DNA of 64,000 bases from Candidatus Omnitrophota bacterium (GCA_003141835.1 PLNR01000005.1:190289-254288), one strand, 5' to 3'. Shown: positions 1-9,564, numbered from the stretch's first letter. Translations and numbers: made by a program. The notes: generated by a model not told the origin, from the sequence alone.

Positions 1-440
1 TAGCCGGCGCAATGATGTCGATACAGGCGATAAAGGGCGTGGAGATAGGCCTGGGTTTTGCTGCGGCGCGGCTCCCCGGCTCGAAGGTGCACGATGAGAT
101 AATCCTGGACAAACACGGCAATTTCTCGCACAGGACCAACAATGCCGGCGGCATCGAGGGCGGCATAAGTAACGGCGAGCCTATAATAGTAAAGATAGCG
201 ATGAAGCCGATCGCAACGCTGGGAACCCCGCTGGACACCGTCGATATCAAGACGAAGAAGAAGACCGAGGCCCAGGTAGAGAGGCACGACATCTGCGCGG
301 TGCATGCCGTATCCGTGGTAGGCGAAGCCGTGCTCGCGTTTGTAGTAGCTTGCGTTATGGCCGAGAAATTCGGCGGCGATTCCTTAAACGAGATGAAGCG
401 CAACTTCGACGGGTACATAAAACAAGTCAGGACATTTTAA
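1..440 (+). CDS. aroC: Chorismate synthase, 3' part (starts upstream of window)
   Basis: Motifs SIQAIKGVEIG, TNNAGGIEGGISNGE, MKPIATL and RHDIC; frame is open back to the window edge. Confidence 0.95.
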   Translation, partial: AGAMMSIQAIKGVEIGLGFAAARLPGSKVHDEIILDKHGNFSHRTNNAGGIEGGISNGEPIIVKIAMKPIATLGTPLDTVDIKTKKKTEAQVERHDICAVHAVSVVGEAVLAFVVACVMAEKFGGDSLNEMKRNFDGYIKQVRTF

Positions 441-445
441 ATGTA

Positions 446-549
446 TATTTTGAAATTTAAGTCTCACTCGGCCTTTTTTTATTACTCGCAGAAACCTATA
501 GCAACTGCGTCATAAACCGGCTCTTCGCGAGACGTTAAATTTCAAAATA
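446..549. repeat. ~104-bp bulged inverted-repeat element (REP/MITE-like)
   Basis: Perfect 15-bp IR TATTTTGAAATTTAA (446-460) / TTAAATTTCAAAATA (535-549), then GTCTC/GAGAC and an inner CGCAG/CTGCG stem. Confidence 0.8.
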
Positions 550-564
550 ACCGCATAGAAAGAG

Positions 565-1083
565 ATGAAGAACATAATATTAGTAGGATTCATGGGAGCA
601 GGCAAGACGGCGGTCGGAAAGACCCTCGCCAGATCACTCAAGAGAAAATTCGTTGACCTCGATGAGAAGATCGAGGAGCGCGAAGGTATGCCCATTTCCG
701 AGATATTCGCCAAGAAAGGCGAGCCGTATTTCAGGAAGGCCGAGAGGGAGATCGTAAAAGAAGTCTCCTCGTGCGCGGGTCTTGTTGCCGCCACCGGCGG
801 GGGCGCCGTTATCGACAAAGAGAATGTCGTTAATTTGAAATCGAACGGCATCTTATTCTATCTTGACGCATCGCCGACCAGGATCCTGGAAAGGACGAAA
901 GGCCACACCCACCGGCCCTTGCTCAATGTAAGCGATCCCAAGGAAAAGATCTACGAGCTGTTGGCGAAACGCGCGGAATTCTACGCTCAGGCTGACCACA
1001 GGATAGATACCAACAACTTGGGCGTCGATGAAGTCGCGAAAAAAATAATATCCCTGCTCAAAGAAGACGGGGAGATCTCCTGA
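565..1083 (+). CDS. aroK: Shikimate kinase
   Basis: GFMGAGKT P-loop, GEPYFRKAE, ATGGG, RPLL; follows aroC. Confidence 0.95.
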   Translation: MKNIILVGFMGAGKTAVGKTLARSLKRKFVDLDEKIEEREGMPISEIFAKKGEPYFRKAEREIVKEVSSCAGLVAATGGGAVIDKENVVNLKSNGILFYLDASPTRILERTKGHTHRPLLNVSDPKEKIYELLAKRAEFYAQADHRIDTNNLGVDEVAKKIISLLKEDGEIS

Positions 1084-2189
1084 TGACCGAAAAAGAATTT
1101 TTGATAGTTTTGAATTGTATTCCCGACATAGGTTTTATCAGGTTTAGCAATCTGATGAAGCGCTTTGGAGCGGTTGAAAAGATATTCTCCGCCTCGAAGG
1201 CCGAATTAGAAAAAGTAGACCAGATAGGCCCGAAGGTCTCAAGCGCGATAATAAGTTGCGATAAAGATAAAACGCTCAAGGGCGAGATGAAACTTATCGA
1301 GAAGTGTAAAGTCAAAGTGATCTCTTATTTTGATAAAGATTACCCGGTTAACCTTAAGGATATTTATGACCCTCCGATTATCCTTTACGTAAAAGGGGAA
1401 TTGACGGCCGAAGATAAGTATTCTATAGGCATAGTCGGCTCAAGGCGCGCGAGTCGTTACGGCCTGCAGACCTCGGAGAGGCTTGGTTACGAATTGGCCG
1501 CTCGCGGCATGGCCGTCGTCTCGGGGTTGGCGCGCGGCATAGACGCGGCCGGCCATAAGGGCGCGCTGAAAGCAAAAGGCAGGACGATAGCCGTACTCGG
1601 TAGCGGGCTGGCGAATATCTACCCGGAAGAGCATGCCGGGTTGGCCGAAGAAATCTCAAGGAACGGCGCTGTCGTTTCGGAGTTCCCGATGGCGATGGAG
1701 CCTTATAAAGATAATTTCCCGAGGAGGAACAGGATAATAAGCGGGCTTTCGCTCGGCGTAGTCGTCGTTGAGGCCGCGAAGAATTCAGGCGCTTTGATAA
1801 CGACCGATTTTGCCCTCGAACAGGGGAGGGAACTATTCGCCGTTCCCGGACAGGCGCGCACAGCGACCGCTGCCGGGACGAACATGCTTATAAGGCAGGG
1901 CGCCAAACTCGTCGAGTCGGCAGATGACGTCATCGAAGAATTGGGTGATGTCATCAAAGGCCATATGAAGACGGAAAGGCCGGAAGAGCCGGAGCATATT
2001 CCCGAAGGGTTGGGCCGGCAGGAAGAGGATGTATTCGTGAGATTAAGCGGGACACCCGTAAATATAGATGAGATAGTGGACGGGACAGGGCTTCCCGTCG
2101 CCGAAGTGATGCACAGCCTTACCAAACTCGAGCTCAAAGGCATCATCGCGCAGCTGCCCGGAAAATCGTACGTAAGGAAAAGTTTATGA
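1083..2189 (+). CDS. dprA: DNA-processing protein DprA
   Basis: VGSR, VSGLARGID..H, FPRRNRIISGLS, SGALIT motifs; C-terminal winged helix; upstream of topA. Confidence 0.95.
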   Translation: MTEKEFLIVLNCIPDIGFIRFSNLMKRFGAVEKIFSASKAELEKVDQIGPKVSSAIISCDKDKTLKGEMKLIEKCKVKVISYFDKDYPVNLKDIYDPPIILYVKGELTAEDKYSIGIVGSRRASRYGLQTSERLGYELAARGMAVVSGLARGIDAAGHKGALKAKGRTIAVLGSGLANIYPEEHAGLAEEISRNGAVVSEFPMAMEPYKDNFPRRNRIISGLSLGVVVVEAAKNSGALITTDFALEQGRELFAVPGQARTATAAGTNMLIRQGAKLVESADDVIEELGDVIKGHMKTERPEEPEHIPEGLGRQEEDVFVRLSGTPVNIDEIVDGTGLPVAEVMHSLTKLELKGIIAQLPGKSYVRKSL

Positions 2190-2386
2190 TAAAGATATGC
2201 GTTAACGGAAAAGATATCCAGGCCGATGACGGCATAACGGTCGCGAGGCTCATCTCGGACCTGAAGGCCGACGTGAAATACGCGGCCGTCGAATTGAACC
2301 TCAATATACTCGACAGGTCGAAGTATGATTCCGTTAAACTTAAAGAGGGCGACAAGGTCGAGATAATCCTGCCTGTAGGCGGCGGC
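2186..2386 (+). other. ThiS/MoaD-family ubiquitin-like sulfur-carrier domain fused to TopA
   Basis: MIKICVNGK...TVARLI..L......AAVELN..I..R..Y....LKEGDKVEII.PVGGG matches the ThiS pattern. Confidence 0.85.
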
Positions 2387-4435
2387 AAGGGCGGCGCACT
2401 GGTCATAGTCGAGTCGCCGGCAAAAGCCAAGACTATAGAAAAGTTCCTCGGTAAAGGTTACACGGTCCGCTCGTCCATGGGCCACGTGATCGACCTGCCC
2501 ATGCGGAAGATGGGCATCGACATAGAGAACAATTTCACGCCTACCTATAAAGTGATCGCTAAAAAGAAGAAACTACTCAGCGAGTTGAAGGCCGAAGCGA
2601 AGGACAAAGACACCATTTATATCGCGACCGATCCTGACCGCGAAGGCGAAGCCATAGGCTGGCACCTTGCCGGGTATCTCGGGAAGAACAAAGAGGTAAA
2701 GAGGGTCGTATTCCACGAGATAACGAAGAAGGCGATACTTGAAGCGTTCGATAATCCCGCCGAAATAGATATCAACCTGGTAAATGCCCAGCAGGCCCGC
2801 CGCGTCCTCGACAGGATAGTCGGCTATTCCTTAAGCCCGCTCCTTTGGAAGAAGATAACGCGCGGATTGAGCGCGGGAAGGGTCCAGTCGGTCGCGGTAA
2901 AACTCATAGTCGACCGCGAGCGCGAGATCCAGGCGTTCGTCCCGGTTGAATATTGGGAACTCGTAGCGGAACTCAAGAAGAAAAAAGATAAGAAATCCTT
3001 TTTCGCGCAGCTGGATAAGATAAACGACGCGAAGGCCGAAGTTAAAGATAAGGCGTCCTCGGATAAGATACTCGCGGAGCTCTCAGGCGCGAAATATACG
3101 GTAAAGGATATAAAGGAAACCGAGAAGAGGCTGAACCCGCAGGCTCCTTTCACGACCTCGAAGATGCAGCAAGAATCCTTCAATAAACTGCATTACAGGG
3201 CCGGCAAGACGATGAAGATAGCCCAGCAGCTTTACGAAGGCCTCGATATCGGGACCGAGGGCACCGTGGGCCTCATTACTTACATGAGGACAGACTCGGT
3301 AAAAGTGGCGTTCTCCGCGATAGAGGAAGCAAGGTTCTACATAAAAGACAAGTTCGGGAAGGATTATCTCCCTCCCGAAGCGAATGTATATAAGTCCAAA
3401 AAAGCCGCGCAGGAAGCCCACGAGGCGATCCGTCCGTCCTCTCCGGCCAGGGAGCCTGAGGCGATAAAACAGTATCTCACGCCCGACCAGTATAAATTAT
3501 ACAAACTGATATGGGCGAAATTCATATCGAGCCAGATGAAGCCGGCTGTAATGTCGGTCTTATCCGTGGATATCGAGGCCAATGCCTGCCTATTCAGGGC
3601 ATCGGGCTCGACCGTTATATTCCCGGGCTTTAAAGCCGCCTATGACGATGAAGAGGAAGAGAAAGATAAGAAGAAAGCTTATATCCCGAAGCTCGCCATA
3701 GGCGAGGCGGTAGACCTTATTAAACTCGACCCGACGCAGCATTTTACCAAACCGCCGGGAAGATTTACCGACGCCTCGCTGGTAAAGGCGCTCGAGGAAG
3801 ACGGCATCGGCCGCCCTTCCACTTACGCGCCCACTATCGAGACTGTCGTCGCCAGGAATTACGTCAGGCGCGAAGGCACGGCATTATGGCCCACGGAATT
3901 GGGCACGGTCGTCAACGACCTCCTGACACAGAGCTTCCCGGTCATCATAGACGAGGAATTTACCGCGAAGATGGAGGAGGAGCTCGATGAGATAGAGGAA
4001 GGCAAAGTCGAGTGGCCGCAGGCGCTCAAGGATTTCTACGGGCCCTTCTCGCAGTGGCTCTCGAAGGCCCAGGTCGAGATGAAGGATGTCAAGAAGGACA
4101 TCGAGGAGCTCGATGAGGTTTGCGAGAAGTGCGGCCGGAAGATGGTGATAAAATGGGGCCGGCGCGGCAGGTTCAAGAGTTGTTCCGGATTTCCCGAATG
4201 CAAGAATGCCAAACCCCTGGTCACGACCGGCATTAAATGCCCGGAGCCGGGATGCGACGGCGAGCTGGTCGAGCGCAGGTCCCGCCGCGGCGCGTTCTAT
4301 GGTTGTTCCCGCTTCCCCACCTGCAGGCATGTGGAAAATAAGCCGAAGCCTTCGCCAGAAGGCGAGGCGCAATCCCTGCCCTCAGGCAGGGACAAACCCG
4401 AAGAAGAGCCCAAGCCCACGGAGCCGCAGCCTTGA
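2186..4435 (+). CDS. topA: DNA topoisomerase I (type IA) with an N-terminal ThiS/MoaD-like domain
   Basis: TOPRIM LVIVESPAKAK and ATDPDREGE, SAGRVQS, catalytic LITYMRTDS, AHEAIRP, two C-terminal Zn ribbons; aa 1-67 are ThiS-like and end PVGGG; ATGA overlap with dprA stop. Confidence 0.95.
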   Translation: MIKICVNGKDIQADDGITVARLISDLKADVKYAAVELNLNILDRSKYDSVKLKEGDKVEIILPVGGGKGGALVIVESPAKAKTIEKFLGKGYTVRSSMGHVIDLPMRKMGIDIENNFTPTYKVIAKKKKLLSELKAEAKDKDTIYIATDPDREGEAIGWHLAGYLGKNKEVKRVVFHEITKKAILEAFDNPAEIDINLVNAQQARRVLDRIVGYSLSPLLWKKITRGLSAGRVQSVAVKLIVDREREIQAFVPVEYWELVAELKKKKDKKSFFAQLDKINDAKAEVKDKASSDKILAELSGAKYTVKDIKETEKRLNPQAPFTTSKMQQESFNKLHYRAGKTMKIAQQLYEGLDIGTEGTVGLITYMRTDSVKVAFSAIEEARFYIKDKFGKDYLPPEANVYKSKKAAQEAHEAIRPSSPAREPEAIKQYLTPDQYKLYKLIWAKFISSQMKPAVMSVLSVDIEANACLFRASGSTVIFPGFKAAYDDEEEEKDKKKAYIPKLAIGEAVDLIKLDPTQHFTKPPGRFTDASLVKALEEDGIGRPSTYAPTIETVVARNYVRREGTALWPTELGTVVNDLLTQSFPVIIDEEFTAKMEEELDEIEEGKVEWPQALKDFYGPFSQWLSKAQVEMKDVKKDIEELDEVCEKCGRKMVIKWGRRGRFKSCSGFPECKNAKPLVTTGIKCPEPGCDGELVERRSRRGAFYGCSRFPTCRHVENKPKPSPEGEAQSLPSGRDKPEEEPKPTEPQP

Positions 4436-5304
4436 TAGACAGATACGTTGAGAAATTCATAAGATATCTTGAGATCGAGAGGAACGCTTCGAAGTATACC
4501 CTCATTAATTATTCGGTCGACCTCAAATCGTTGAGCGAATTCCTCAAGGAAGAGCCGATAGAGAAGGTCGATTACGTCTCCCTGCGCCGGTACCTGGCGC
4601 ACGTAAAGGAACAGAACCTGTCGAAGGTATCGATCGCGCGCAAGATCGCCTCGATAAGGTCTTTCTTCAAGTTCCTCTTCAGGGAAGGGATAATAAAGAA
4701 CAACCCTGCGTCGTCGTTGTCGACGCCTAAACGCGACAAGCACCTCCCGAAATTCCTGGACGAGAAAGAGATAGTCCTGCTCCTTGAGTCTCCGGAGAAG
4801 GAGGGCGAGGCCGGCCTAAGGGACAGGGCGATACTCGAGACGCTTTATTCCACAGGCATAAGGGTAAGCGAACTCGTCGGCCTTAACATGGACCACATCG
4901 ACCAGATAGGCGGGATCATAAAGGTCTTCGGCAAGGGCAAAAAAGAGAGGATCGTGCCGATAGGCGAGAGGGCGCTGCAGGCGATAAGGGATTACCTTAA
5001 GTTCCGCACTTCCAAGGAAGTGCGGGAGAAAGCCCTCTTTTTTAACAAGAACGGCGGCAGGCTCACCGACAGGTCCATAAGAAGGATAATAAATAAATAT
5101 ATAACGAAGGCGAGCATACAACAGAAGATATCGCCGCACACCCTGCGCCACTCTTTCGCCACGCATATGCTCGACCACGGCGCGGACCTAAGGAGTGTGC
5201 AGGAGCTTCTCGGCCACGCCAACCTGTCCTCGACCCAGATCTACACCCATATAACTACCGAAAGGCTGAAGTCCGCGTATACGAAGGCGCACCCGCGGGC
5301 TTAA
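4432..5304 (+). CDS. xerC: Tyrosine recombinase XerC
   Basis: LYSTGIRVSE, GKGKKER, HTLRHSFATH, LLGH, TQIY, HPRA terminus; follows topA. Confidence 0.9.
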   Translation: MIDRYVEKFIRYLEIERNASKYTLINYSVDLKSLSEFLKEEPIEKVDYVSLRRYLAHVKEQNLSKVSIARKIASIRSFFKFLFREGIIKNNPASSLSTPKRDKHLPKFLDEKEIVLLLESPEKEGEAGLRDRAILETLYSTGIRVSELVGLNMDHIDQIGGIIKVFGKGKKERIVPIGERALQAIRDYLKFRTSKEVREKALFFNKNGGRLTDRSIRRIINKYITKASIQQKISPHTLRHSFATHMLDHGADLRSVQELLGHANLSSTQIYTHITTERLKSAYTKAHPRA

Positions 5305-5316
5305 AACCCAAAATAG

Positions 5317-6591
5317 ATGCTCTACGACCTGTTTTTCATGATCTTTTCCGTCATTTACCTGCCGTATTTTTTGGTATCGGGCAAATGGCGGAGTTTCAGC
5401 CGCCAGCGGCTGGGGATCTTCGACGGCGAGACCCGCTCGAAGATAAAGGAGCCTGGCGCGATATGGCTGCATGCCGTCTCTGTCGGCGAGGTCATAGCCA
5501 GCGTCCCGCTTTATGACCAATTAAGAAAAGAACTTCCCGGCGTCAAGATCATCGTCTCGACGGTCACCGCGACCGGGAATAAGATAGCCCGCGAGAGGTT
5601 TAAGGATGCCGCCGCGGTAATATACCTGCCGCTCGACCTAAGCTGGATCACAGGCAGGGTTGTCAATCTTATAAAACCCGGTACCGTGCTCATAGCCGAG
5701 ACCGAGATATGGCCGAATTTCATAACCTCTTTGAAAAAGAACGGCGCCAAAGTCGTGATATTCAACGGGAGGGTCTCGCCCGGTTCTTTCAGGAATTACG
5801 GGATGGTAAAACCACTGCTTAAAGATCTCCTGCAAAAAGTAGACCTTTACCTCATGCAGTCGCAGGCCGACGCAGATAAGATCGTCTCGCTCGGCGCGCC
5901 GAAAGAGGACGTGAAAGTGACGGGCAACCTTAAATATGACGCGGCCCTGATGGGGGGCGCGGGCGACGCTCCCGATATTTTAAGGAAAAAGCTGGGGCTT
6001 GCGGGCGGGGAAAAATTGTTGATCGCGGGTTCGACCAACCCCGGCGAAGAGGAGAAGATATTACGCTGTTACAAAGAGATGGCCGAGGAATTCCCGGAAC
6101 TGCGGCTGGTTATCGCGCCGAGGCATACGGACAGGGCTGGCAGGGTGGCCGGCCTAATCAAGAGCTGCGGATTCATGCCGCGTCTTGTTTCAAGCCCGGA
6201 AACGAAAGCGTTGGGACAGGAAGAAGTTTTGATATTGGATGTGATGGGAAGATTAGCCCGGCTGTATGCCGCCGCCGATATAGTGTTCATCGGAGGGAGC
6301 CTGATAAATAAAGGCGGGCAGAACCCGCTTGAGGCAGCCTACCATTCGAAAGTGGTTTTATTCGGCCCGTATATGCATAATTTTGAGGAGATTGCGGATA
6401 AACTAGTTTCTGCGAGAGGAGCGGTGAAAGTCGGCGACGAAGCGGAGCTCACGGCCTCGCTGCGCGTCCTGCTCGAGAACGATGCCGAGCGGCGCAAGAT
6501 GGGGGAGAATGCGAGGCGGGTCCTGGAATCGAACGCCGGCGCCGCGAAAAAAGATTTTGATCTCATCAAACCGTTGATCGGAAAGCTATGA
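5317..6591 (+). CDS. waaA: 3-deoxy-D-manno-octulosonate (Kdo) transferase
   Basis: WLHAVSVGE, ETEIWPN, TGNLKYD, APRH, GGQNPLE. Confidence 0.93.
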   Translation: MLYDLFFMIFSVIYLPYFLVSGKWRSFSRQRLGIFDGETRSKIKEPGAIWLHAVSVGEVIASVPLYDQLRKELPGVKIIVSTVTATGNKIARERFKDAAAVIYLPLDLSWITGRVVNLIKPGTVLIAETEIWPNFITSLKKNGAKVVIFNGRVSPGSFRNYGMVKPLLKDLLQKVDLYLMQSQADADKIVSLGAPKEDVKVTGNLKYDAALMGGAGDAPDILRKKLGLAGGEKLLIAGSTNPGEEEKILRCYKEMAEEFPELRLVIAPRHTDRAGRVAGLIKSCGFMPRLVSSPETKALGQEEVLILDVMGRLARLYAAADIVFIGGSLINKGGQNPLEAAYHSKVVLFGPYMHNFEEIADKLVSARGAVKVGDEAELTASLRVLLENDAERRKMGENARRVLESNAGAAKKDFDLIKPLIGKL

Positions 6592-7673
6592 GCGAAAAGA
6601 TAAGGCGGTATTTTTATTCGTTAATGACCGATGAGGCTCAAGGCCCGGCAGCAGCTGCCATGAAGCTGCTCCTTTACGGGCTTTCATTTGATTACGCCTC
6701 TGTCCTGGCGGTCACGAAATTCCTTTTTAGAAAAGGGATCGTCAGGCCGTACCGTCCCAAATGCAAGGTTATCAGCGTAGGGAATATAACGCTGGGCGGG
6801 ACGGGAAAGACCCCTTTGACCGTGGAGATAGCGCGCAGGTTCACGGAAAAAGGGAAGAAAGTCGTGGTCCTTACGAGAGGTTACATGAAGGACAAGAATA
6901 CGGGCGTGGCCGATGAAGCCGAGGTCTTTAAAAGCCTGCTTAAGGGTGTTCCCGTCCTCGTGGGGCGCGACAGGATAGCGTCCGCAAAAGAGGCCGAGAA
7001 GAAATACTCGCCCGATATTATATTGCTCGATGACGGTTTCCAGCACTGGCGGCTCGAGAGGGATATCGACCTGGTCGCGGTCGCGGCCGACAACCCTTTC
7101 GGCAACGGGAAATTGATTCCCAGGGGCATCCTGAGGGAGCCGGCCTCGGCGCTCAAGAGGGCAGATATCATCGTTGTGACGAAAGTCCTCCCGGAAGAGG
7201 CGAGCCAGGGCAGGGCAGAGATATTAAAGGACAGGATAAAAAAAATAAATCCAGGCGCCTCGGTATTCAGCGCTTCGTACCGGCCGCAGCGCCTTTATGA
7301 CGCGGAGGAGGGCTCGGAGGCTGCGATCGATTGCCTGAACAACAAGGCGGTAGCGCTTTTATGCGCCATCGGCGACCCGGCTTCTTTCGAGGATACTGTC
7401 GTATCGCTCGGCGCGAATATCGCCGCGGCTTATTTTTTCATGGACCACCACATCTTTTCTTCCAGGGAGATCGGGAAGATCGTCGCCGAGTGCAAGGCTA
7501 AGCGCATAGATACGATAGTGACTACCGAGAAGGACCTGCCCCGCCTGAGGCAGTCAGGCGCAGCGTACCGGGGATCGGGAGTGAAGATATTGGCGTTGGC
7601 GGTGGAGATAAAAATAGATAACGAGGAAGGATTTTTTGGGAGACTGGATACTTTATCTACTCGTAAGGCTTGA
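6588..7673 (+). CDS. lpxK: Tetraacyldisaccharide 4'-kinase
   Basis: VGNITLGGTGKTP, LDDGFQH, GILREP, TTEKD. Confidence 0.95.
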   Translation: MSEKIRRYFYSLMTDEAQGPAAAAMKLLLYGLSFDYASVLAVTKFLFRKGIVRPYRPKCKVISVGNITLGGTGKTPLTVEIARRFTEKGKKVVVLTRGYMKDKNTGVADEAEVFKSLLKGVPVLVGRDRIASAKEAEKKYSPDIILLDDGFQHWRLERDIDLVAVAADNPFGNGKLIPRGILREPASALKRADIIVVTKVLPEEASQGRAEILKDRIKKINPGASVFSASYRPQRLYDAEEGSEAAIDCLNNKAVALLCAIGDPASFEDTVVSLGANIAAAYFFMDHHIFSSREIGKIVAECKAKRIDTIVTTEKDLPRLRQSGAAYRGSGVKILALAVEIKIDNEEGFFGRLDTLSTRKA

Positions 7674-9564
7674 GGCGTCGTTATTCCGCCTGCTTCCGCT
7701 TAGGCTTTCCCTCTGGATGGCCGGGCGGTTCGGGAGCCTCATATATTATACGATGGGCAGGCGTAAGACCGTCGCTTACGCCGGCCTGCGCGCCGCGTTC
7801 AGGGGCAGGTATACGCCGGCGCAGGCGAACCGCATAATAAAAGAGATATACCAGAACCTCGCGCAGTCTTACATAGAACTCCTGAAATTCCCGCAGTTCG
7901 ACGACGCCTACGTCAAAAAATACATCAAGATAGAAGGCCTCGAGAAGGTAAAGGCTGCGGTGAAAGAGGAAGAGAGGGGAGTCATCTTCCTCACCGCGCA
8001 TTTTGGGAACTGGGAACTGTGCTCATTGACCGGTTCGACTATGGGCTTCAAGATGAACGTGCTGGCGCGTTTCCAAAAACTCAAGAGGCTCAACGGCTAC
8101 CTGAACAAGATGCGCGGCTCGAAGGGCGCCAACGTCATATTCAAGGACGACGCGATCGCCGAGACGATAGACGCGTTGAAGAGACACGAGGCGGTAGGCA
8201 TCCTGTCCGACCAGGACGGCGGCAAGAGGGGCGAGTTCGTTAATTTCCTCGGGCGGCCCGCGTCGACCCCGAAAGGGGTGGCGCATTTTTCATTGAGGAC
8301 GGGCGCGCCGGTATTTCCCGTCGCTATAATCCGCGAAAAAGGCCCTTACCACAGGCTCGTGATAGGCGATGACATATCAGTCATGCCGTCCGGGGATATA
8401 AAGAAGGATATCCATGAGATACTCCAGAGGTTCGCCGATTCCCTTTCGAAATATATCGAGAGATATCCCGGGCAATGGCTATGGCTGCATAAGCGCTGGA
8501 AATCCACCCCCGCCAGATATATCCTCGTATTAAATGACGGCAGGGCCGGACATTTCAAGCAGTCCCGTGCCCTTGCCGGCGCCATTAGGAAAGCGCGCGC
8601 GGAAAGAGGTTTTTCCCAGGAAGACACGGTAATAGGGACGGTCGATGTCAAATTCAAGAACGGCTTCGCGAGGGCGGTCTTCGATATAGGTTCGTTCCTC
8701 GGGTTCGGCATCCACAGCCTGTCATGCTGTTTCCCGAAGGAAGTATACGATAACCTTAGGGCGGCTTACGCGGATTACGTGATATCATGCGGCGCATCGC
8801 TCGCCGGCGTCAACCTCGCTTTTAAGAGAGAGCTCGGCGCAAGGTCGGTGGTCATCATGAAACCGAATATATTCAATATAAAGGATTTTGACCTCGCGGT
8901 CATTCCGGTCCATGACAAAGTGGGAGCGTCAGGTAACGTCGTCTTCACCAAGGGCACTGTGACTGGCCTAGACGAAGATTCCCTCCGCGAATACGGGGAG
9001 AAACTTAAAAAGCGGGTCGCCGTGGACAAGGGCAAAGTCCTCGGAGTGCTGCTGGGCGGAGATTCCAAGTCTTACACATTCGAGAAGGAACTGGCGATAG
9101 AGGTTGTCGACCGGGTCATGGCCGCGGCCGCGGATATCGGCGCCGACGTGCTCATAACGACCTCAAGGAGGACGTCGCACGCGGTCGAGTTCGCGCTGAA
9201 GGAGCGTTACGGTAAGTCCGAGAGGGTTAAACTCCTCCTGGTCGCGAACGAAAATAATTTCGAAGGGGCGGTCGAGGGGATCCTCGCGCTCTCTGACATG
9301 ATCGTCGTCTCGGGAGAGTCGGTCGCGATGGTGACCGAAGCCGTGAGTTCCGGGAAACCCGTATCGGTATTCATGCCGCAAAAGACTAATAAATTTTCGG
9401 GAACGAAACAGGAGGAATCCGTGCGCAACCTGGAAAAGGAAGGGTTGCTCGTGGTTAATGCGGATATTGCTGCTGATATAAGACAGCGCATTAACCACAA
9501 ACAGGCCGATATATTAAGCGGGGACATGAAAGCTATCCGGGCCGGGCTGGAAAAGATACTATGA
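7636..9564 (+). CDS. LpxL-family acyltransferase fused to an ELM1/GtrOC1-like putative glycosyltransferase domain
   Basis: N-half HFGNWE, DQD, QWLWLHKRWK; C-half DGRAGHFKQS, PVHD, LLGGDS, TTSRRT, ESVAMVTEA; TTG start after GAGGAAGG. Confidence 0.8.
   Translation: MGDWILYLLVRLEASLFRLLPLRLSLWMAGRFGSLIYYTMGRRKTVAYAGLRAAFRGRYTPAQANRIIKEIYQNLAQSYIELLKFPQFDDAYVKKYIKIEGLEKVKAAVKEEERGVIFLTAHFGNWELCSLTGSTMGFKMNVLARFQKLKRLNGYLNKMRGSKGANVIFKDDAIAETIDALKRHEAVGILSDQDGGKRGEFVNFLGRPASTPKGVAHFSLRTGAPVFPVAIIREKGPYHRLVIGDDISVMPSGDIKKDIHEILQRFADSLSKYIERYPGQWLWLHKRWKSTPARYILVLNDGRAGHFKQSRALAGAIRKARAERGFSQEDTVIGTVDVKFKNGFARAVFDIGSFLGFGIHSLSCCFPKEVYDNLRAAYADYVISCGASLAGVNLAFKRELGARSVVIMKPNIFNIKDFDLAVIPVHDKVGASGNVVFTKGTVTGLDEDSLREYGEKLKKRVAVDKGKVLGVLLGGDSKSYTFEKELAIEVVDRVMAAAADIGADVLITTSRRTSHAVEFALKERYGKSERVKLLLVANENNFEGAVEGILALSDMIVVSGESVAMVTEAVSSGKPVSVFMPQKTNKFSGTKQEESVRNLEKEGLLVVNADIAADIRQRINHKQADILSGDMKAIRAGLEKIL

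Noticed and set aside
4432-5304. Tyrosine recombinase as a phage or integron integrase
   Set aside because: Length, HPRA terminus and dprA-topA-xerC context fit housekeeping XerC; no IntI-specific insertion is evident and it is far from the island
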